The translations under genes and the position numbers were made by a program. This document shows positions 55,683 to 64,000 of a stretch of DNA of 64,000 nt, piece after piece (positions within the stretch are counted from its first letter, which is position 1; each line of letters starts with the position of its first letter). The notes under the pieces were generated by a model. The model worked only from the letters and a program-made list of their open reading frames with translations, made no database searches and was not told the DNA's origin. The DNA comes from the human T2T-CHM13v2.0 reference genome, Homo sapiens: NCBI RefSeq assembly GCF_009914755.1, contig NC_060938.1, one strand, 5' to 3'.

Positions 55683-57706
55683 TTTTTTTCAGAACAATAT
55701 GTTTAATACAATCCAACATATGTAATAAAAACATAAAAGATTCATAGCACCTATATGTGTAAATAGATACAGATATATAGAAAAAGTCTGGAAGGGTCCA
55801 CTGTGAACAGCTAATCATTGCTTCCCATAGAAAGTATGATGTGCTTATGAACGTGACATGTTTTCAGAAAAAAAAAAAGTATGTTGTGGTGAGTCTCAAC
55901 CCTATCGGGCCTGAGGAGAGATGAACTGAGATTTTGACTTTTGTACCCTGTATACCTCTGTACTGTTAGAATCTGTTAGAATTTTTAGACAATAAATGTA
56001 CATTTGTTGTATAAAAAATTAATTATAAAAAGAGAGAAATGTAATTCATATAATGTATAGAGCATTGTTGTTTTTCTTTTTTTTTCTGGTAGTTTTTTTT
56101 TTAATTTTTTTAGTATTTATTGATCATTCTTCGGTGTTTCTCGGAGAGCGGGATTTGGTAGGGTCATAGGACAATAGTGGAGAGAAGGTCAGCAGATAAA
56201 CATGTGAAAAAAGGTCTCTGGTTTTCCCAGGCAGAGGACCCTGCGACCTTCCTCAGTGTTTGTGTCCCTGGGTACTTGAGATTAGGGAGTGGTGATGACT
56301 CTTAACGAGCATGCTGCCTTCAAGCATCTGTTTAACAAAGCACATCTTGCACCGCCCTTAATCCATTTAACCCTGAGTTGACACAGCATATGTTTCAGAG
56401 AGCACGGGGTTGGGGGTAAGGTTATAGATTAACAGCATCCCAAGGCAGAAGAATTTTTCTTAGTACAGAACAAAATGGAGTCTCCTATGTCTACTTCCCT
56501 CTACACAGACACAGGAACAATCCGATCTCTCTTTCTTTTCCCCACATTTCCCGCTTTTCTATTCGACAAAACCGCCATGGTCATCACGGCCTGTTCTCAA
56601 TGAGCTGTTGGGTACACCTCCCAGACGGGGTGGCAGCCAGGCAGAGGGGCTCCTCACTTCCCAGACGTGGTGGCAGGGCAGAGGGGCCCCCCCCACCCCC
56701 CAGACGTGGCGCCCCCCCACCTCCCAGACGGGGTGGCTGCCGGGCAGGGGCGCCCCCCACCTCCCAGATGGGGCAGCCGGTCGGAGGCACTCCTCACTTC
56801 CCAGACTGGGCAGCTGCCAGGCGGAGACACTCCTCACTTCTCAGACGGGGCGGCTGCTGGGCGGAGGGGCTCCTCACTTCCCAGATGGGGCAGCTGCCGG
56901 GCGGAGGGGCTCCTCACTTCTCAGATGGGGTGGCTGCCGGTCGGAGGGGCTCCTCACTTCCCAGATGGGGTGGCGGCCGGGCAGAGGCGCTCCTCACCTC
57001 CCAGACTGGGTGGCGGCCGGGCAGAGGTGCTCCCCACATCCCAGACAATGGGCGGCCAGGCAGAGACGATCCTCACTTCCTAGACAGGATGACGGCCGGG
57101 AAGAGGTGCTCCTCACTTCCCAAACTGGGTGGCCGGTCAGAGGGGCTCCTCACATCCCAGACGATGGGTGGCCAGGCAGAGACGCTCCTCACTTCCTAGA
57201 GGGGGTGGCGGCCGGGCAGAGGCTGCAATCTCAGCACTTTGGGAGGCCAAGGCAGGCGGCTGGGAGGTGGAGGTTGTAGCGAGCCAAGATCACGCCACTG
57301 CACTCCAGCCTGGGCAACATTGAGCACTGAGTGAGCGAGACTCCATCTGCAATCCTGGCACCTCGGGAGGCCGAGGCGGGCAGATCACTCGAGGTCAGGA
57401 GCTGGAGACCCGCCCGGCCAACAGGGCGAAACCCCGTCTCCACCAAAAAATACAAAAACCAGTCAGGCGTGGCAGCGCGTGCCTGCAATCCCAGGCACTC
57501 GGCAGGCTGAGGCAGGAGAATCAGGCAGGGAGGTTGCAGTGAGCCGAGATCGTGGCAGTACAGTCCAGCCTCGGCAACAGAGGGAGACCGTGGAAAGCGG
57601 GAGACGGAGAAGAGCAAGAGGGGGAGACCATGGAAACCGGGAGATGGAGACGAGGGAGAGGGAGAGGGATGTTTTTCTTTTTTTTTTTTTTTTTTTTTTT
57701 GAGAGC
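55683..57706 (-). mobile_element. TSD-flanked polyadenylated retro-insert containing the SVA
   Basis: Outer TSD TAAGCCAG(C/T)TATTT at 55669-55682 and 57707-57720; poly(T) to 55689; ATTAAA on minus at 55702-55707. Confidence 0.75.
56085..57669 (-). mobile_element. Full-length old SVA (SVA_A/B-like)
   Basis: Poly(T); SINE-R ~56112-56612; short VNTR ~56613-57221; Alu-like ~57222-57580; degenerate (GGGAGA)n ~57581-57668; inner TSD similar to TGTTTTTCTTTTTTT. Confidence 0.95.
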
Positions 57707-58758
57707 TAAGCCAGTTATTTAGAAGAAATATATTATGTTTATCTTAAGGGTTTTTAAAATTTATGAAAAAGAAAGAGATGGATTTTTCAAAGTTATCCAG
57801 TCGTTAGCTACCTGATTTTATTCAACACAGGTTGGTTAAAAAAAAGTTAGCTTTAAATAGGAGAAATAATTACTCTTGCATATATCATATACCATGTCCC
57901 ATACCTCATTAGTGTGTCTTATACTATGAATGTGTGATAAAACTTTGAAGCCTACTTGGATAAAATTTTTCAAAAATCAGGTAGGAATTTATTAAAAGAA
58001 GAAACTGAAGTCTCCTCACCTACATTACTGACTTGCAGTAGAAGGGATATCCTTTGTGGGGCAGAGGGGAGGGGGAACACACAAAAAGAGGAGGCTGATA
58101 GATTGGCTACAGTAAATAGATCCACTGAAAAATATCAGTCCCTATAAAAAATAACACTGACAAATAATAGTAGGTTATTACATCCATAGCTCACTCTCAT
58201 AACAATGACCCATAGCTTTAGATGTAATTATATTTATGCAGGGATTCCCGGAGACCTGAAAATTAACTCAAGCATTTCTTCAAAGTAGAAAGATTGAGAA
58301 TGGACTAGAACCTACTACCACTGTGTCAGTGTGACTTGGGTTTCTGTGCCTTCTCGTTTGCTCATGTTCTGATTCCCGAGGACTCTGAAGAGCAAAGGTC
58401 TACTGACCACTGACCCCAGGCCACTCAAAAGGCAGGATCTGTTATGACATCGTTTTGCACAAGTAGAGCACTAGTGCCCAGTCGGGCGTCAGCTCCACTG
58501 CAGGATTGAAACATGGCTGCTAGTCTCCCCGTATTCTTATGAGTGCCTTCCGTCAAAAAGTGCAGAATTGCTCTTCAATGAGGTAAATATACCATGTGCT
58601 GATTCAAAAATATATCTGAGACACATTAACATGAAAAAGACAAGTTAACAAATGATGTGTAGCATGTAAATACATTTATGTAAACGTACCAAATGATGTA
58701 ATTATATGAGTTCCTGTCTGATTGTATGTTCAGAGACACAGAGGGGAAACTAAAAGTT

Positions 58759-59655
58759 GTGATATTATGACATAAGAAATTTACATTTTGATCTTCTTTC
58801 CCAGCTATTGGCCATAGCTCCTAAAACCTTTGTAATTGTCTAAGCCATAAAGGTGCTAGGAGTGTCTTTTGTTCTAATATTTGATTTTTGACCCCAGTTT
58901 CAGACACAGAGATCCTAAATGCCTTGGAATTTCCTGTGTAATAGGAGCATCTTTTCTTCTAATGAGGTGACTCTTGCTGGGCTCCTTAATGAGGGCTGGT
59001 CTCCAGGAAGACCAAGCCGTGGTTAGAAGCTTGGAACTTTCAGCTCCACTCCCATCCTTAGGGAGGGGAGAAGAGATAGAGTTTGAGTTAATAATTGATC
59101 ACGCCTACATGAAGCCTCCATAAAAATCCCTAAAAGACAGAGTTCAGAGACCTCCTGTGTTGGTGAACACACCCATGTGCCCAGAGGGCAGTGCACCCCA
59201 ACTCCACGGGGACTGAGCCCCTGCATTCAGGACCCTTGCTGACCTTGCTCTATATATGTTTTCATTTGGCTATTCATATGTATCCTCTATCATATCCTTA
59301 ATAATAAACCAGCAAAAGTGTTTCCCTGAGTCCTGAGAGCCAACACAACAAATTGTCAAACTTGAAGAGGAGGTCCTGGGTTTTGTAGCGAAGGCTGACA
59401 GAAGTGCGGGTAACTTGGGGATTCAGCACTTGCAACTGGCTTCTGGAGCAGGGACAGTCTTGTGGGACTGAGCCCTTAACCTATACTAACACTAACTCCA
59501 GGTAGTTGGTGTCACAATTGAACTATAGGATGCCCAGCTGGCATCCAAAGAATGGGAGAATTGGTTGGTGTGGGGGAGTGTTGGGGGAAGCCACTCGTTT
59601 GGTCACGGAAGTGTTGAAAGTGTTGATTGTCATAAAGAAAATTTTTTGTTTTCCT
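58759..59655 (+). mobile_element. MER21-family LTR
   Basis: TGTGATATTATG...GCTCCTAAAACC...TCTAATGAGGTGACTCTTG...GTCTTGTGGGACTGAGCCCTTAACC. Confidence 0.85.
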
Positions 59656-59869
59656 CTTTAGGGCAAATTGTGGGGATGGGGCATGTCAGGGAAAGAACAG
59701 AAGGGAAAAAATGCCTCATTAAGAGCTTTGAAAAGGCAAGGAATTTTAAGAAAAATAAAACCGCTAAATACAGCAAATAGTATGAGAGCTGCTATATACA
59801 AAATGACAAAATTAACAAAGTTACATACCCAGCATCTGTATAGCAATTTACAGTTGCCAAAACATTTTC

Positions 59870-59932
59870 ACATATATATTCATGTATACATACATGTATG
59901 TGTATATTCATGTATATGTGTATATATATAAT
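59870..59932. repeat. Degenerate (TA/TG/CA) repeat
   Basis: CATATATATTCATGTATACATACATGTATGTG... Confidence 0.85.
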
Positions 59933-60499
59933 TTTATGTGGTATTCCTAGAACTTCTCTACCTAAAGAGGAGCACACTTCTTCCCTCCTGGTGCAGGAAC
60001 ACTGAGTTATACGTTCAAGACCTGAGTCACATTACAATTTGTTCTGAATTTTAAAAATCAAAAAGCCAAACAAACACTGACGAGACTAGGTTCTAATGCC
60101 AACTACTTTGTCAAGGATGCAAACCACTTTTCTACTCAAAAGAATTTATAGATTCACAACTATGAAAGCCAGAAGAAGTTAAGCATACTTTGGAAAGAAA
60201 TTGCCTGACATAGAGGCATTTTCCACATATTTAAGCCTGACTCCAAAACTGTCAATGGAAGCCTGTATCTTGCTGACAAGTCCAAGAAAACCTGTTCAGA
60301 GCAGCCCAGGCTGAGACTGGGAAGGTGCACTTGAAGGCAGGACCAGGCAAGAGGCTCTGTAGTTAACTTGGTTTCCCACCCTCAGCCAGCATTTAGGCAC
60401 CCCACTAACTTCAATGTTCATGTTGGGTTAGAATACAAAATTGCTTGAATTTTAGTTCACAACACGTATCCAATTCATAACTGAATTCATAAAACATTA

Positions 60500-60940
<441 letters not shown>

Positions 60941-61149
60941 AATGGACTAATAGTAGAAATAACTGCTCTAGAACTCACCTTAGGAGAAAAGAGCCTGATT
61001 TCCACAGAGAACAAACATCAGCTGTGCTACAGCCTGCTTTATCCAGCTGAATCTCAGCTTTGTCTGCCGGGATCCCAGCACACAATCCTCATGATCCCAT
61101 AAGAGGCTCAAGGCATCTACAGAGGACAGACATTAAGACAGAGATGTGA

Positions 61150-61968
<819 letters not shown>

Positions 61969-62054
61969 AAAAAGGTGTGTTTTTTTAAGAGACTAAGAAA
62001 CTCCAAATATTGAATGACGTCTATCACGTGCAATGACTCTGGAGAAGTATAAAA

Positions 62055-62760
62055 TACGAACTCTGCCCTTAAGATATTGTCAGCCTGGTGGCAGTGGGAG
62101 GAGGGGCAGGGGAAACACTGAAAGTTGGGTTGGAGAGACAGCCATGTAAAACCAAGTAGATGTATTTATAAGGCTTCCCTGAAGTAGGGATGCCTTTGCT
62201 GAGTCTGAGGGAAGAGTAGGAACAATCCAGGGAATGAGAAGATGCAAGCATGAAATGCAAGAACATTGTTATGTTTATAGTAGAAGGAGCTTGTGAAGGC
62301 AAGGGAGAGGAGTCAGGGACAAATCAACAAAATCCCAGTGTAGGAAGCCAAGAAATGTACATTTTATCATCAAAGCCATTGAATCTCCACAATGAGATGA
62401 ACTTGATCAGCTTTTCACCTTGGAAAGACTCCTCCAGCTTAGTTTGGAAGTAAGAGCAGAACAGGAGCTACAGCTACACTCCAGGAAAGACAGATGACCA
62501 CTCCAACAAAATGCAGTGACTGAGGAATCAGGAGAAGATCAACTAAAAGCTAGCAGATATCATATTAGCAGGCCTTGGTGACAATTGCATATGGAAGAAG
62601 TGAGAAGGATCTTGGCTGACTGCGGTTTCTGGCTTAGACAACTGAATGGATAGTGGGCCCATATGTTAACATAGAAAATGCAAGGAAAGGACCAGAGTTC
62701 CTGGGAGCTGATGTGCACAGTCCATAGAGATTCAGACGGGTCCCTGTGCACTGTGGCGGT
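62055..62760 (-). mobile_element. L2 fragment
   Basis: AAGGCTTCCCTGAAG...GCTGAGTCTGAGGGAAGAGTAGGA; GGTTTCTGGCTTAGACAACTGAATGG. Confidence 0.65.
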
Positions 62761-63259
62761 AAGCAAATCTGTGAAAGAGGCCCTGCATGATGGACAGAAT
62801 GTGATTTGGTGTCTTTCAGTATAAGCCTCCATCCTGGTTTGGGGCTTTGAGGACTCAACAAAGTGAAGTCTGGAAAGAGGGCAGGGAGACCTCCTGGTGT
62901 GTCCTAGGGGGAGGAGAAAGGAAAGGATGCCCTGACTTAGAGAGGAGAGAGAACAGTAGCTGCCCAGACACCCCAGGACCTGCCCAATCTTGAGCTACTC
63001 CTGTTGCTGGGATTCCCTCTGTGCCCTAGACAAAGCAACTGGGACTCATCATAAAGGTAAGAAGATTGTATATTGAATATTTTATATAAATAGATCTATA
63101 GAGATACAGAGATATGAATAGATATTCTTCCAAAAATACCATAGACCTGAGACAGGGGTCCCATCCCTTGGGCAAGAGAATGCTATAGAACAGTATATAT
63201 GCAACGACTTTCCGAGAGGTAAGTAGGCACATATATGTTTTAAAACTCAATTTCTTCAT

Positions 63260-63505
63260 TGGTATGAAAGATTCAGAAAAGCAAATTTATAAAATTTATA
63301 GAGACAAAATAGATAAAGGTTGCCTGGGTCTGGGGCTTGAAACAGAGATCAACTGTAAAGGGCATGAGGGGTCTCATTTGAGCAATGAAAATGCTCTACA
63401 ACTCACCAAATGTGATGGTTGCACCTCTTGGTAAAGTTACAAAAATCATTGAATTGTAGACTTAAATTTTATGATACGCTTCAATAAAGTTGTTTCTTAA
63501 AACAA
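63260..63505 (+). mobile_element. L1MB/ME 3' UTR fragment
   Basis: GGTTGCCTGGG...AAAATCATTGAATTGTAGACTTAAA...TCAATAAAGTTG. Confidence 0.75.
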
Positions 63506-64000
63506 GAAATCAGTTTTCAGATCTTCAATTTCCACGTGTGGTCTTTCCTAATAACCTGCCTGAGAAAGCACCTGTGTTCAAGGTGATGTAAAATTCACTT
63601 TACTACCTCCCCTTTTAATTGGCCAAGCTCAAAAAGGAGGAGAGTCTTATTCTGCTCCTATCCTTATTTTACTATGGTGTGTGAACTCGAGTGAAGAAAC
63701 CTCCAAGTTGCCAACGGAAAGGCCATTATAAATATTGGTTACTGGGATGCCTTTTTTAATGATTAATGCCTTAGGGCTTCTTATCTTTCCCTATCTTAAT
63801 TTGGTTAAGAGTGTAGCTTGGTATTAGAAATTAAGTGTTTTAATCTGTGTTGAGATGTTCTGAATTTGGATATATGGTGGAATGTGGCAGTGGATGTGTT
63901 GACAATTATCCTTTAAGGACCTCACCTTTCCACACCTCAACTCTTATCAAGGAACACAGATGGGGAAAGTTCTACAAGAGATGAGCAATGATAGCATGGA

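Noticed and set aside
56559-57709. Overlapping 128-223 aa ORFs
   Set aside because: GC-rich SVA VNTR and Alu-like sequence lacks stops by composition.

Overview
Hominoid (human or ape) genomic DNA; the SVA, LTR12C and AluY insertions support this assignment. I found no intact protein-coding gene, RNA gene or convincing exon. Roughly 80% of the window (estimated by eye) is decayed transposable element sequence. The main elements are: two inverted copies of a class III (ERVL-type) pol-dUTPase provirus (1-3073 and 49590-54873); a ~14 kb MER65-like non-autonomous ERV1 provirus carrying a nested L1, a Ricksha MULE transposon and four Alus; a near-complete Tigger1; many L1, L2, MIR, Alu and solo-LTR fragments; an LTR12C; and an old full-length SVA. 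The longer ORFs in the track are TE remnants or low-complexity artefacts. I see no evidence of a new multi-gene biological system. The notable signals are structural: (1) the SVA sits inside a second TSD-flanked, polyadenylated insert, a candidate 5'+3' double transduction; (2) a perfect 38-bp-arm hairpin made by a recent templated insertion in an old L1; (3) an inversion plus deletion scar fusing two proviruses; (4) a PPT/LTR-junction copy inserted into pol; (5) a twin-priming 5' inversion in an old L1MA. Subfamily names come from recalled consensus sequences and need RepeatMasker/Dfam confirmation.
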